Shown here one piece after another: positions 1 through 11,800 of a DNA stretch of 64,000 nucleotides (its first letter is position 1; each line of letters starts with the position of its first letter). The position numbers and the translations under genes are program-made. The notes under the pieces are model-generated. The model was given only the letters and a program-made list of their open reading frames with translations. It ran no database searches and was not told the origin of the DNA. The stretch comes from Octopus bimaculoides (taxonomy: Eukaryota): contig NC_068981.1 of NCBI RefSeq assembly GCF_001194135.2, positions 5,734,487 to 5,798,486 of the forward strand, in the 5' to 3' direction.

Positions 1-205
1 AGATCAATGAAAATAAGTTGACCTTTTGAACTTTCTCCAGCAGTTGAAGGTCTAACAGAAGGCTAGTCATTCAAACGTACTTCTTATCGTTTGCCTAAAT
101 AGGGAAATGGGTGTTTCTCCATAAAAATGACAAATTCTGGTTTTTGTGAAGAAAAAACATGCCAGAGACATGTGTAATATTGACTTTCATTGTCTGTGTG
201 TATAT

Positions 206-247
206 GTGGTCAGTCAAACGTGGTCAGTCAAACGTGGTCAGTCAAAC
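206..247. repeat. 14-bp tandem repeat x3 (GTGGTCAGTCAAAC)
   Basis: Three perfect adjacent copies read directly. Confidence 0.9.
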
Positions 248-1285
248 ATACTTCTTATTGTTTTTATGTTTCTACACATTTCATGAAGTAAATGCTTTCC
301 CTTTTGTTAGAATTCGGACAATATGTACATTGAGTAGTAAAGAGTCTTGTGTTCTGTTATTCTATTATTGATGTTGATTTATTTTCAAACTTTAAAATTA
401 TTCTAAAAACGAGGAAACACACAAAACATACCATTGTGAGGGACATAGATGTTTTGACACCGTTCTTCGATTGAATATATTTTGTTTACTTAAAAATTGG
501 AATTTTGGAAAATAATTTTTGTTTTTTTTTTACAACCACAATTTCCGTTTGTGTTTACATGAAATTATAAAAAAAAAATTTGTAAGATTTAGCTGTTATT
601 TCTAGCATGTGGAGAGACCTAAAAAGTTTCAAGAGATTAAACCTTCTAGGTTTAATTTCATGCACTGGTTGAAAATCATCTGAAAAAAATTCTGGGGTTG
701 ATACAATTGACTAAAAGTTCTTCAAAGTGGTGCCCCAGCATGGCTGCAGTCCATTGACTGCAACAAGTAAAAAGAAAAACCAAAATGAATTATGTCACAA
801 AAGTGGTTTTGATCAAGCTTAAAAAAATTTCTGGGTTCCATTCAGCCATCTAAAAATTCTTCAAGGTGGTGCCCTTGCATGGCTGGACGCACTCTAATAA
901 CTGTAACAAGGAATTAAAAAAAATTCTGGGATCGGTACATTCAACTAAAAATTCTAAAAAAAAAAAAAATTACTGCAAAATATAACCGTGGAGCTTTTGT
1001 CCGAGGGGGCTTTTGTCTAGACCCCAAACTGCACATGACTTTGCAAGGCAAGGCTCGGAATTTTCTTCAGGTTGACCATCCTGCTTAAAAGATCCCTGAA
1101 TAAGGTTCGTTTAAGGATGTTGAATGAAACACCCATGTTTGCAGAGATGAATTATCCAAACCCCAAAGAATTCTTCTCAACATATGGCTATGATGCTCCC
1201 CCACTACTTCTGCTCTTGATCAGAGATGCACATATCGTCAGCCACCAAAGGACATGCTCAACTGGTTAAGGTCAAATAACTGACA

Positions 1286-1557
1286 AGCAAATCTGTGGTA
1301 TTAAGCAGAAATATTTGCTGTAGATCATCTTTTTATACCAAGACAAAACAATGTACATGATAACACTTCCAATCAGTTAAGATCAGAAACCATGAGAGCC
1401 ACTGCTTGGTACTGCATCAGGGCATTAGCAAATCTGTGGTATTGAGCAGAATATTTGCTGTGGCCCATCTTTTTTATACCAAGACAAAACATGTACATGA
1501 TAACACTTCCAGTCAGTTAAGATCAGAAGCCATGAGAACCACTGCCTGGTCCTGCAT
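1286..1557. repeat. Tandem duplication of a ~141-bp interspersed-repeat segment
   Basis: AGCAAATCTGTGGTATT...TACTGCATCAGGGCATT starts at 1286 and again at 1427; the copies are highly similar. Confidence 0.85.
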
Positions 1558-2700
1558 AATCATTTTATGTCTTTTCAATACCCTACAAATCTGAAGTATT
1601 CTATGAACATTCACAAGTTTAGATATAAGGGAGAGAACTGCGTAATTCTCTTCTTTGAGGTGAAATAAAATTCTGTTTCATGTCTGCAAGATGAGTCTCT
1701 AATATGTTTACCAATTGGATTTCTGTGAGAGATACTCAACAAGAGTAATGAGTAATTGTTGGCCTGGCTGTTGCATTTCAACCTGGACATTCCACAAATT
1801 GTTTGTTTCTTTTCTTAGATTAATTACAGCCAACACAAACTGTATGGAGCCTAAACTTAACCGTTATGATAAAATGGTTATATAATAAACAAAACAAAAC
1901 GGCTGAGGCCGTACGTTTTCAAACCAAAGCACAATCCTGCAGAAACCAAAGATGGCCAACTGAAAGTGATTATTTTATGACATGATATTCAAATATCTTA
2001 TCGTCAGATCTAGCTTTGATTCATTTCTAAATATATCGTTATTAATATCACCTTCTATTTCATTATTTTAAAAAGGTCATATCTTCGGGGCCAGGTAGAG
2101 ATTCTTAATAGACAACCTCACAATTTATGAAATATTTCATCATCATCATTTAACGTCCGTTTTCCATGCCGGCATGGGTTGGACGGCTTGACTGGAGCTG
2201 GCAAGGCCAGGTGCCACACCAGGTACCATTGTCTGTTTTGGCACGATTCCTACGACTGAATGCCCTTTCTGATGCCAACCACTTTACAGAATGCACTGGG
2301 TGCTTTTTATGTGGCACCAACAGGGTCACCAAATACTTTGCAAAAGAAAAAAAAAAAAAAGCAAAGTTCCCTTAATTAGGGGTGGGAAGTAGTATTGGGG
2401 GTTGGCTTTGTGCCATTTGAAAGATTAAAGGTATAGAGGGGACAGATGTAGAGGTCCTGTTGTAGATACAGATTCTATAGAACCAAAACAACTAACATTA
2501 CATAAATATTAATATGACAAAACACTAACAGATGACTAGACTTCAACTGTTTGGACCGAGACCTGCTGTCATTATTTAACAGTAACGACATTCATTTATT
2601 GTCCCGTGGGTCAAATTTAATATTATGCTGTTTTTGCTCTGTGCAGGATGTCAAGAACGTTTTGGAAATGTCCAAATTTAGTTAGATTACCCAAAAGGAT

Positions 2701-2885
2701 TACCAGATATACTCAGCTATAAGTCACACTTTTTCCCCTGAAACGTTTACCTAAAGTTGGGGATGTCACTTATAAGTGCATCCTATAACTTCTAGTCAGA
2801 TCAATGCTAAAATTCCTGATTTGAACCTTTAATTCGGGGGTGCGTCTTATAGGTGGGGGCGTTTTATAGTCAAGTATATACGGTA
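2701..2885. mobile_element. Tc1/mariner-pogo-type MITE
   Basis: Imperfect TIRs TACCAGATATACTCAGCTATAAG / reverse complement TACCGTATATACTTGACTATAAA, with TA ends. Confidence 0.6.
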
Positions 2886-3277
2886 TACTAAATTAGAAAT
2901 TATACAACACAAAAAAAACTACTGGGGTACATTTAGTATTTTTTTCAACATCTCTGGTTTAGCAAGAATATACCATATAGAAAGAATATATTACACATCC
3001 ACACACATACAATCAAGATAGTAATAAGACAAAGAAATCGTTTAACACATCTTTAACGATCAGTTAAAGTTGTTTCTGTACCAACTCTGCTTGCAATACC
3101 AATTTACACGAAAGTTCAAAGGGAAAATTTTACATAATGCTTGCAGTTTTAGACATTAGAGTGGCACTTCATCAGAGGCACCAAATCCATAACCAGCATG
3201 CACCTCATGTAATCCATGGAGGTGCTGCCCAACATGTCCGTTAAAGTCATCAGCCACAAGAACCAAGTGTCTGTCTA

Positions 3278-3708
3278 TTAGAAAATTACTATTTTTAAAT
3301 CTCACAACGTGAGATATTCAGTAACAGTACTTTGGAGTAAAGATTGTTTGCCAACATAACCTGGCAGTCCTGGTTTAGGACGAATGTTGCTGTAATTTAG
3401 CCCCAGGAGACATCGTCTCCAGCTGGCTATACAACACAATCTGTCCTTATATTTTTGAACAAGTGAATCTAGCACCCCCACTCAGCCCAAAACAATATCT
3501 GTGTATCACAATTTCCAGGTTATTCCCCCTCATCAGCACAGAATAATTGCTCGGCTAGAGGTGGTGCTGCCAAATTCCCGTTTGAAAATGTAAGGACACA
3601 GATTGTGTCATATAGCCAGCTGGAGACGATGTCTCCTGGGGCTAAATTACAGCAACATTCATCCTAAACCAGGACTGCCATGTTATGTTGGCAAACAATC
3701 TTTACTAC
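3278..3708. mobile_element. Fold-back element with long (>115 bp) inverted arms
   Basis: 3335-3449 is the reverse complement of 3591-3708; the same family occurs at 6310-6558 and 29012-29320. Confidence 0.8.
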
Positions 3709-4272
3709 AAGTGCCTGTCATTTGTTGTTGGGGTAATCTCCAGAAGGACCTCGTAAAAATGGCCCTTGTGCTACGGCCATATATAGTTTAGAATCGATTC
3801 TCATTGCATGAATGTTTATATAATGAATATGTTGATTAAAATGTACATGTATATGAATGTAATATTAATCATCATCGTTTAACGCCCGTTTTTCATGCTG
3901 GTATGGGTGGGACAGTTTGACTGAGGTCTGGAGAGCTCCAATCTGATCTGGCAAGGTTTCTACAGCTGGATGCCCTTCCTAATGCCAACCACTCCGAGAG
4001 TGTAGTGGGTGCTTTTTATGTCACCTGCATATTAATAATAATTAAATATTACAATATATATATATATATATATGGACACATGTAAGCCATGTTAATAACT
4101 AATTACGAGACCTTAGATTCAACTAACTCTCTCCCCATCTATCATACAACGGGTTTATTGAACTTTGAACCTAACTAAAATGTAAGACTATCAAATTATT
4201 GAACTTTTTCTTCTTCCTGTTTTTTTCCAAACACTTTCCTTCTCTCTATTCCCTTTTAACTTTGCTTTCTCC

Positions 4273-4349
4273 GTTCTGATGATGTCTATCAACTGCAACG
4301 AGGTAAATACATATTTACCCCAGCCTGATATACGGAAACAGCTGTAAAC
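4273..4349 (+). ncRNA. Type-I hammerhead ribozyme motif in a Penelope-like pLTR
   Basis: GUU-CUGAUGA-(U)GUCUAUCA...UGAUAUAC(G)-GAAA-CAGCUG-UA-AAC. Core intact; helix III is the palindrome ACAGCUGU; helix II has 7/8 pairs plus an internal GGUAAAU/AUUUACC hairpin; helix I is 3 bp; GUA cleavage triplet. Confidence 0.7.
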
Positions 4350-4477
4350 TTACTCTAACATATTCCCATCTTAAGTAATTAATGGCTTTATAACAACACC
4401 AAAGACCCACTTCTCATTGTTATTTATTTATTTCTCCATTTTGTTATCGTCTTTATATATATATTTATTTGTGAATA

Positions 4478-5085
4478 CCCGTCAGAGTGTAAGTATCTTG
4501 AGAGAAAAGCTGAACATTAGAAGCATCAGTTGTGGTGTGCAAGAGAGACGATTGCGCTGGTATGGACATGTGGTGACAATGGATGAGGATAGCTGCTTGA
4601 AAAAGTGCCACACCCTAACAGTTGAGGGAACCCGTGGAAGAGGTAGGCCCAGGAAGACCTGGGCTGAGGTGGTGAGGCAAGACCTTCGTACATTGGGCCT
4701 CACCGAGGCGATGACTACTGACCGAGACCTTTGGAAATGTGCTGTGCGTGAGAAGNNNNNNNNNNNNNNNNNNNNNNNNNNNNNNNNNNNNNNNNNNNNN
4801 NNNNNNNNNNNNNNNNNNNNNNNNNNNNNNNNNNNNNNNNNNNNNNNNNNNNNNNNNNNNNNNNNNNNGAGCGTGGCCGCTTTCGTGCGGGTGACACGTA
4901 AAAGCACCCACTACACTCTCTGAGTGGTTGGCGTTAGGAAGGGCATCCAGCTGTAGAAACTCTGCCAAATCAGACTGGAGCCTGGTGTAGCCATCCGGTT
5001 TCACCAGTCCTCAGTCAAATCGTCCAACCCATGCTAGCATGGAAAGCGGACGTTAAACGATGATGATGATGATGATGATGATGAT
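4478..5085 (+). mobile_element. 5'-truncated RTE-clade LINE (RT C-terminus, 3'UTR, (GAT)n tail)
   Basis: ERRLRWYGHVVTMDEDSCLKKC...RGRGRPRKTWAEVVRQDL is the RTE C-terminal signature; after a gap it continues into the common GGATGCCCTTCC-type tail ending in (GAT)9. Confidence 0.9.
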
Positions 5086-5137
5086 TTATTCTACTGTAGA
5101 AGAAGTCTATATGGAGGTATCAAGTTTAGAAACTCAC

Positions 5138-5193
5138 TGATTTTGCGAAACTGAAGAAACTTTTAGTTTCTCCAGTAACCACACTGGAAGTTC
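5138..5193 (-). CDS. VAT1L: VAT-1-like protein, internal exon (56 nt)
   Basis: Acceptor tttgcAG, donor GTGAGT; (G)TSSVVTGETKSFFSFAKS, nearly identical to the VAT1L VTGETKSFFSFAKS motif. Confidence 0.95.
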
Positions 5194-6309
5194 CTGCAAA
5201 AGACAGAAATTGGTTTTAGATTCAAAACCATTCATTGCAACAAAATCAAACAATAATAATTGTGGATCTAAAATAGTTAATGTTTTTAAATTAACCAATG
5301 AAACAAGGGAAACATTTCAAAGAAAGGAAGAACAAGAGTGAATAAACATCAGAATTCATACAACTTATGTTTGCGGTGGTGCCAAAAAAGTCCACCCTTT
5401 TGATACCAACCCACCCGAAACTGTCCCCTGATTCTACGATAAGAACTTGCTGTTTTAACACATAAAGCATGATGGGCCACGATCGTGGTTATCAGGCACA
5501 GGTTGACAGGCCACGATCGTGGCCCAGATAGATGCTTTTAATTTATGGTCAGTTGTTGGGGGTCCAATGTCACTCAAACGTTCCAATACCCCCCCAGAAT
5601 GCAAGAGGACTAATAGTTCAACTACTGACTTTTCAGATGATGTAAAACTTGCCACCATTATATATGTAACAGATGATTTCCGATTTATAACTGTTGAAAT
5701 TAATTTTTAAATAATATGATAGATGTAATCTGTTTGTAAGGACTGGTTCTTCGCTGATAGCCATTATGTAAAGATGAAAGAACAGTGATTGAAGTTGTGA
5801 AGAAAATATTTATTTACTGATACATCGAATATACTTGGCCTTGATGGGCTTGTGATAAAATCCTAGAATGTGCAAAGTAAAAAAGTTAATTTCGGCCTGT
5901 GTGTTCTTATTGTAGTAGTAAACCATAGAGAGAGATATGGTAATATGCAGAGAAGAGAAAGTGAGTTAGCGAGAGAGTGTGAGACGAAACAACTGCTCCA
6001 TTGGTAAGTTACCATAGTTGTTCTCTTTGTGCCCTTTTCTTTAGAAATGGTGTTTTGTTTAGCCTGTCAGCCAGACTTTGTTCTCACCGAAGTGACTAAC
6101 TGATTTTTGCTTGGGGGTTCTTGCTTTTATAATGATCCAGAACGATAGACATATCATTGAGAGCAATAGATTTAGTTGGTGGTCTTGTTATCTTAATTCT
6201 AGCTTTTGGTGAAATAGAAGAGGTTAGAAAGGTCAAGTGGTGAAGACATTATTTCAGCCTAGCTAAAGCATCTGGAAAATGTAAAACTGCTGTCACTAAA
6301 AAAATGATA

Positions 6310-6558
6310 TGTGTGTATCAGTGATTTCCAGGTTATAGTGATTTGAGCTGAGTGGGGGTCTTAAAGTCCTTTGTTCAAAAATATAAGGTCACAGATCATG
6401 TCGTATAGCCAGCTGGAGACTATGTCTCCTGGGGCTAAATTACAGCAACATTCATCCTAAGCCAGGACTGCCATGTTATGTTGGCAAACAATCTTTACTA
6501 CAAAATACTGTTGCTGAATATCTCTCGTTGTGAGATTTTAAAAATAGTAATTTTCTAA
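6310..6558 (-). mobile_element. Fold-back family, centre plus one complete arm
   Basis: 6340-6558 is the reverse complement of ~3278-3490. Confidence 0.8.
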
Positions 6559-6975
6559 CAAACAAAAAATGCTCAAACAAATTGAATTGTCAGAATGTTA
6601 ATTAGCCTATAATCGTTAGTGGAATTTATCTTTAAGTTGCAGATAAATATAATTTTAGCAATTTCCATATCTGTGGCGCCACCAGTTTCCAGTTTCAAAT
6701 TACTATTTTAACATTTCATTAACCCAATTTGTCTTTTAGCTGATCAAATAAAATACCAGTCATACACCAGAGTCCATTTAGTATGCCTATAAAGCATCCT
6801 TGAAATGAGAATGGTAAGAAAGTTGGCAGCAAACAGAAATGGCCATTACAACCAGAAACTCATTTGAAATTCTTAACGGCAGCAATCTACTTAAAAGGTA
6901 ACTAAACTAGATTTCTGTTCCCCTTTTTTCTGTCAAATTACATTTGAATTAATAGAAAACCCTTCAAATACTCAC

Positions 6976-7079
6976 CAAACAGTATGTACCGTCCCATGGG
7001 CTTCAACAAACTGATCCCTTTGTTAGTATCGTCCCCACATAGACAGTCCATGACAATATCAACACCCTCAGGAGAAATC
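6976..7079 (-). CDS. VAT1L: VAT-1-like protein, internal exon (104 nt)
   Basis: Acceptor ttttaaAG, donor GTGAG; (K)ISPEGVDIVMDCLCGDDTNKGISLLKPMGRYILF + G; the GVDIVxDCLCG motif is typical of VAT1L; phases 2/1 join the neighbouring exons. Confidence 0.96.
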
Positions 7080-7395
7080 CTTTAAAAAGATAGGATTTTA
7101 GAAAGAATTACAATGAAAAAAAAACCCCCTGAATATAGACTTTCTTATGGATGTTAAATGATGATGACAATGATGATGATGTTTGCATGGATTGGAGAGC
7201 ATTTACTGAGGGAGATTTTCTACATCAAATGCCCTGCCTGCTGTCAACCCTCACCTGTTTCCACATGGTCAGATGCTTTTGCAGAAATATTGGAAACAAA
7301 CAACACTGCTTGTATGATGGTGACACTTATTTACAACTACCATGCGAGTATGAAAAACACAGTAAAACATGATGATGATACACAAACACACGTGT

Positions 7396-7427
<32 letters not shown>

Positions 7428-7599
7428 GATGAGTTTCTTTTAGTTTCAGTCAACCAAATCCACTGATAAGGTTTTGGCCCAAGGCTGTAGTAGAAAACAC
7501 TTGCCGAAGGTGCCATGCAGTAGGACTGAACCTGGAACCATCTGGTTGGGAAGCTTGGGAAGTATATTTCTTATAAATCAGACCAAATCTAATTCTTGT

Positions 7600-7806
7600 T
7601 GACTGGCCCTCATGTCGGTGGCATGTAAAAGCACCCACTACACTCTCGGAGTTGTTGGCGTTAGGAAGGGCATCCAGCTGTAGAAACTCTGCAAGATCAG
7701 ATTGGAGCCTGATGCAGCCTTCTGGCTTACCAGTCCTCAGTCAAACCGTCCAACCCATGCCAGCATGGAAAGCAGACGTCAAACGACAACAATGATGATG
7801 ATGATG
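7600..7806 (+). mobile_element. RTE 3'-tail repeat (representative of roughly 20 copies)
   Basis: AAAAGCACCCACTACACTC...GGCGTTAGGAAGGGCATCCAGCTGTAG...CCATGCCAGCATGGAAAGC + (GAT)n. Other copies include 2140-2335, 3865-4030, 12480-12700, 13648-13878, 41050-41205, 49715-50200, 52300-52765, 57420-57750 and 61740-61960. Confidence 0.85.
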
Positions 7807-7941
7807 ATCCACAAACAATATTCTCTCTGATTCAATCAATGAGCTTCAAACATTAAGAGTAATCCTAGCAAATCTTTGAATGTTTCTTTAGAAAATGGTA
7901 ATGTCAGGATAAGAAGCAAAAGAACCTAAGAAACTACTTAC

Positions 7942-8084
7942 TTCCTTATTTCTTGTGTATAGTCCAAACTGTGGTCATAGACGTGAGTAACTTTATCCTT
8001 CAGCGATTCGTGTTTATGGGCAGACGCCGTTCCATACAAAGTGACATTGTCAACAGTTTTAGATAACTGGATTATAGCCTGACC
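7942..8084 (-). CDS. VAT1L: VAT-1-like protein, internal exon (143 nt)
   Basis: Acceptor ttttAG, donor GTAAGT; GQAIIQLSKTVDNVTLYGTASAHKHESLKDKVTHVYDHSLDYTQEIR + AA; completes the GGVG motif. Confidence 0.96.
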
Positions 8085-8169
8085 CTAAAAACACAAAGCG
8101 CCAACATGGAATATTATTTCAACTTTAAACATCTTCCTGAAATTGTGTACAGGAAACAATGGTTTCAAA

Positions 8170-8580
8170 TTTTGGCACAAGGCCAGCAATTTTGAAGGGA
8201 AGGGATTGGTTGATTACATTGACCGCCCCAGTACGCTACAGGTATTTTATTTGATCACTCCCACCTCCAAGAGGACAACAGACAATGTCGAACTCAGTAG
8301 TATTTGAACTCAGAACATAAAGGGCCAAAAGAAAGGCTGCTAATCATGGTTTCCAACATTCTAAGGATTCTGTCAACTTGCAGCCTTAATGATTGTTCCA
8401 AATTTTGGCACAAGGCCAGAAATTTCCAAGGGAAGGGGAAGTGTCAGTTACATTGACCCCAGTACTTGACTGGTACCTTATTTTAATGACCCTGAAATGA
8501 CGAAAGGCAAAGTTAACCTTGATGCAGTTTGAACTCAGAATCTAATAAGCTGGAAGAAGTGCTGCCCAGCATTTTGTTCT
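8170..8580 (-). mobile_element. Two tandem copies of tRNA-headed SINE family B
   Basis: GGCACAAGGCC...TGGTAC...GGCAAAGT...TTTGAACTCAGAA pattern occurs twice; B-box GTTCAAA on the minus strand. Confidence 0.75.
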
Positions 8581-9329
8581 TGGTATATTATGGGATGATC
8601 ATGGCTGGAACTTCTTTGATCAAAGTTTGGTTTCATTAAGGCTGACCTAAACAACACCATCTTCTTCAGTCAGCAAGAGTAATTCATTTTAAAAGTTATT
8701 TTAGTTTTGGATTTGGTCTGCAAGGTTCTTGAGGTGAACTTGTATGCTGAAACAGATTTTGTTATATCTTGGGAGGGTCATTATGCCAACAACAAACACA
8801 TGCACTGGTTATATTTTCCTTTTATATTTTACTTAGTCATTAGACTGTGGCCATGCTGGGGCACTTATTCTTTTGTTCTCTCCTGCCAAGCTGCTAACTT
8901 AAGGGGATGTAAACACACCAACACCAGTTGTCAGTTTCTGTCCGCCAAAACCACTCACAAGGCTTTGGTTGGCAAGAGGCTAAGGTAGAAGACACTTGCC
9001 CAAGGTATCATGTAGTGGGACCGAACTTGGAACCATGTGGTTGGCAAATTTCTTACTGACACACCCGCACCACTTCTTTATGTTTATTAGTCATTTCGTT
9101 AACTAATTTAGCCAATTAACTAATTAATCGTTTGCAATCTCACCAATGACATGCTCTCTATCCCAGGCCCTTTTAACCATTTATTTCCCCTAATTAACGT
9201 CTGAGTAAGTCCCTCTTGTTGTAAATAATTATGGAAATAAAATATTTTAAAATATATTTATAGACTTTTTGAAAATGGTTTCTCAATTAGAATCACTTTT
9301 TGCCGACTTCCACAATTTGAAGTATTTTT

Positions 9330-9652
9330 GGTACTGGCACTCCATTGGTTACGATGACGAGGATTCCAGTTCATTCGATTGACGGAACAGCTTGTTGATA
9401 AAATTAACATGCAAGTGGCTGAGTACTCCACAGACATATGGACCCTTAACATAGTTCATAGGGAGATTCAGCAGGTCACAAAATGTGACTTGTCTGGCCC
9501 TTTGACATACAGGACAACTCATTGATGCCAGCTGAGTGGACAGGACCAACGTGAAATGAAGTGTCTTGCTCAAGGATACAATGCATCACTGGGGATTGAA
9601 CTCCTGATCTTATGACCATGAGCCATATACCCTAACCACTAAGCTACTCGCC
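9330..9652 (-). mobile_element. tRNA-headed SINE family D
   Basis: Minus-strand head AGGCGAGTAGCTTAGTGG...GAGTTCAATCC (A and B boxes), then GTCCACTCAGCTG. Other copies at 11340-11525, 23290-23615 and 43213-43510. Confidence 0.75.
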
Positions 9653-9722
9653 TTTTGGTAAATCCCTTATTAAGGATTCCTAATTGGCAGGGGTTTAAGA
9701 AATATCAGAGAACTATACTCAC

Positions 9723-9938
9723 CACTCCCCCGGCTATGCAGTGTGCAAGAACAGATTGTCCAGCACGCAAGTTACCGATGTCGAAGAGAAGGATGTAAGC
9801 GGTCAGATAGTTCATGGCAATAGCAGCAGCATCATGGAAGCTCATTCCTTCTGGCATTTTGTAGACATATTTCACAGGAACACTGGCAAATTCAGCCCAA
9901 CATTGGCCTTCACTCAGAGCAATCACATTGTCACCAAC
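9723..9938 (-). CDS. VAT1L: VAT-1-like protein, internal exon (216 nt)
   Basis: Acceptor cattacAG, donor GTGAGT; 72 codons VGDNVIALSEGQCWAEFASVPVKYVYKMPEGMSFHDAAAIAMNYLTAYILLFDIGNLRAGQSVLAHCIAGGV; phase 0 at both ends; start of the Gly-rich NADPH-binding motif. Confidence 0.97.
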
Positions 9939-10185
9939 CTGTAATGACAAATAAGAAACATTTAAAACATGCCATAAAGGAGGGGAATAAGGATTTCATA
10001 TTTTGCTACAAGGGCAGCATGGGGGAGGGGATTAAGTCGATTAGATCGACCCCAGTGTGTAACTGGTACCGATTTAATTGACCCTGAAAAGGTGAAAGGC
10101 AAAGTCGACCTTGGCAGAATTTGAACTCAGAACATAAAGACAGATGGAATACTGCAAAGCATTTCGCCCGGCGTGCTAACGTTTC

Positions 10186-10411
10186 TTATTTCTTTATTGC
10201 CCACAAGGGGCTAAACATAGAGGGGACAAACAAGGACAGACAAAGGGATTAAGTCGATTACATCGACCCCAGTGCGTAACTGGTACTTAATTTATCGACC
10301 CCAAAAGGATGAAAGGCAAAGTCAACCTCGATGGAATTTGAACTCAGAACGTAACGGCCGACGAAACACCGATAAGCATTTCACCCGACAGGGCAACGTC
10401 TCTGCCAGCTC
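10186..10411 (-). mobile_element. Young SINE family B copy inserted at the head of an older copy (10000-10185)
   Basis: Very similar to 19406-19630; the right flank is an N-gap, so the TSD cannot be checked. Confidence 0.8.
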
Positions 10412-10857
10412 NNNNNNNNNNNNNNNNNNNNNNNNNNNNNNNNNNNNNNNNNNNNNNNNNNNNNNNNNNNNNNNNNNNNNNNNNNNNNNNNNNNNNNNNN
10501 NNNNNNNNNNNNNNNNNNNNNNNNNNNNNNNNNNNNNNNNNNNNNNNNNNNNNNNNNNNNNNNNNNNNNNNNNNNNNNNNNNNNNNNNNNNNNNNNNNNN
10601 NNNNNNNNNNNNNNNNNNNNNNNNNNNNNNNNNNNNNNNNNNNNNNNNNNNNNNNNNNNNNNNNNNNNNNNNNNNNNNNNNNNNNNNNNNNNNNNNNNNN
10701 NNNNNNNNNNNNNNNNNNNNNNNNNNNNNNNNNNNNNNNNNNNNNNNNNNNNNNNNNNNNNNNNNNNNNNNNNNNNNNNNNNNNNNNNNNNNNNNNNNNN
10801 NNNNNNNNNNNNNNNNNNNNNNNNNNNNNNNNNNNNNNNNNNNNNNNNNNNNNNNNN

Positions 10858-10908
<51 letters not shown>

Positions 10909-11609
10909 GTATGTATGTATGTATGTCTCCCCACCATCGCTTGACATCCGGTGTTGGTGTGTTTATGTCTGTCACTTAGCAGTTCAGCAAAAGAGACTGA
11001 TAGAATAAGTACTAGGCTTACAAAGAATAAGTCTTTGGGTCGATTTATTTGACTAAAGGTGGTACTCCAGCATGGCCACAGTCAAATGGCTGAAACAAGT
11101 AAAAGAATTGAAATCTCAAGGCTAAGACATAATGCAAGATTATAATAAGCATTATGTTTAATGGAGTAATCTGATTGCTAACGAGTTAAGGGATTTTATG
11201 AAAGCAAAACAAAAATAAAAAAACAATATGGTGTCATTATGAGTAAAATCTTGCATAAGGGCCACTCATAAATGTGTTCTGTTAGCATGTATCATACTTC
11301 TTGTTTTAGGGGTCTGTGACGCCATAGATACTCTCCCATTTTTTTTGCCCAGTGGAACTTCCAGGATGTGACACCTTGGGGAAGAAACGGCTTCACCCCT
11401 ACTAGGTTGCAACACCTTTTCAGCTGAGTTGGCAAACATGAAATGAAGTACGTTGCTCAAGGACACAATGTGCTGCATAGTCTTGGAATTGGACCCGCAA
11501 CTTTATGATTCTAACCACTAGGACATATGCTTTTGAATATATGTAAACAGAGGTTTCAGCTGTTCCAATCTTACCCTTTTCTAAAAATTCCTGTGGTAGG
11601 TCTTAACTA

Positions 11610-11800
11610 TTTATTTGTGAAACTGGTTAGCTATTTGCCGGCAAGTGATTGTCAATTATTTGCCCGTCAACCATTTTACCTATCAACTTGGAATCAACTA
11701 TTTGCCTATCAAGCCTTTGTCAGCTATTTGCTTGTTAAACCATTGTCAACCGTTTGCCCATTAGCCCATTGTCAACTATTTGCCCGTCAACCCATTGTTA
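11610..11800. repeat. Degenerate ~25-bp minisatellite (ATTGTCAACTATTTGCCCGTCAACC)
   Basis: About seven diverged units read directly. Confidence 0.75.

Noticed and set aside
5640-5657. TGG TGG CAA GTT (WWQV) as the next VAT1L exon
   Set aside because: It lies upstream of the 56-nt exon (wrong order), has no acceptor and hits a stop within a few codons.
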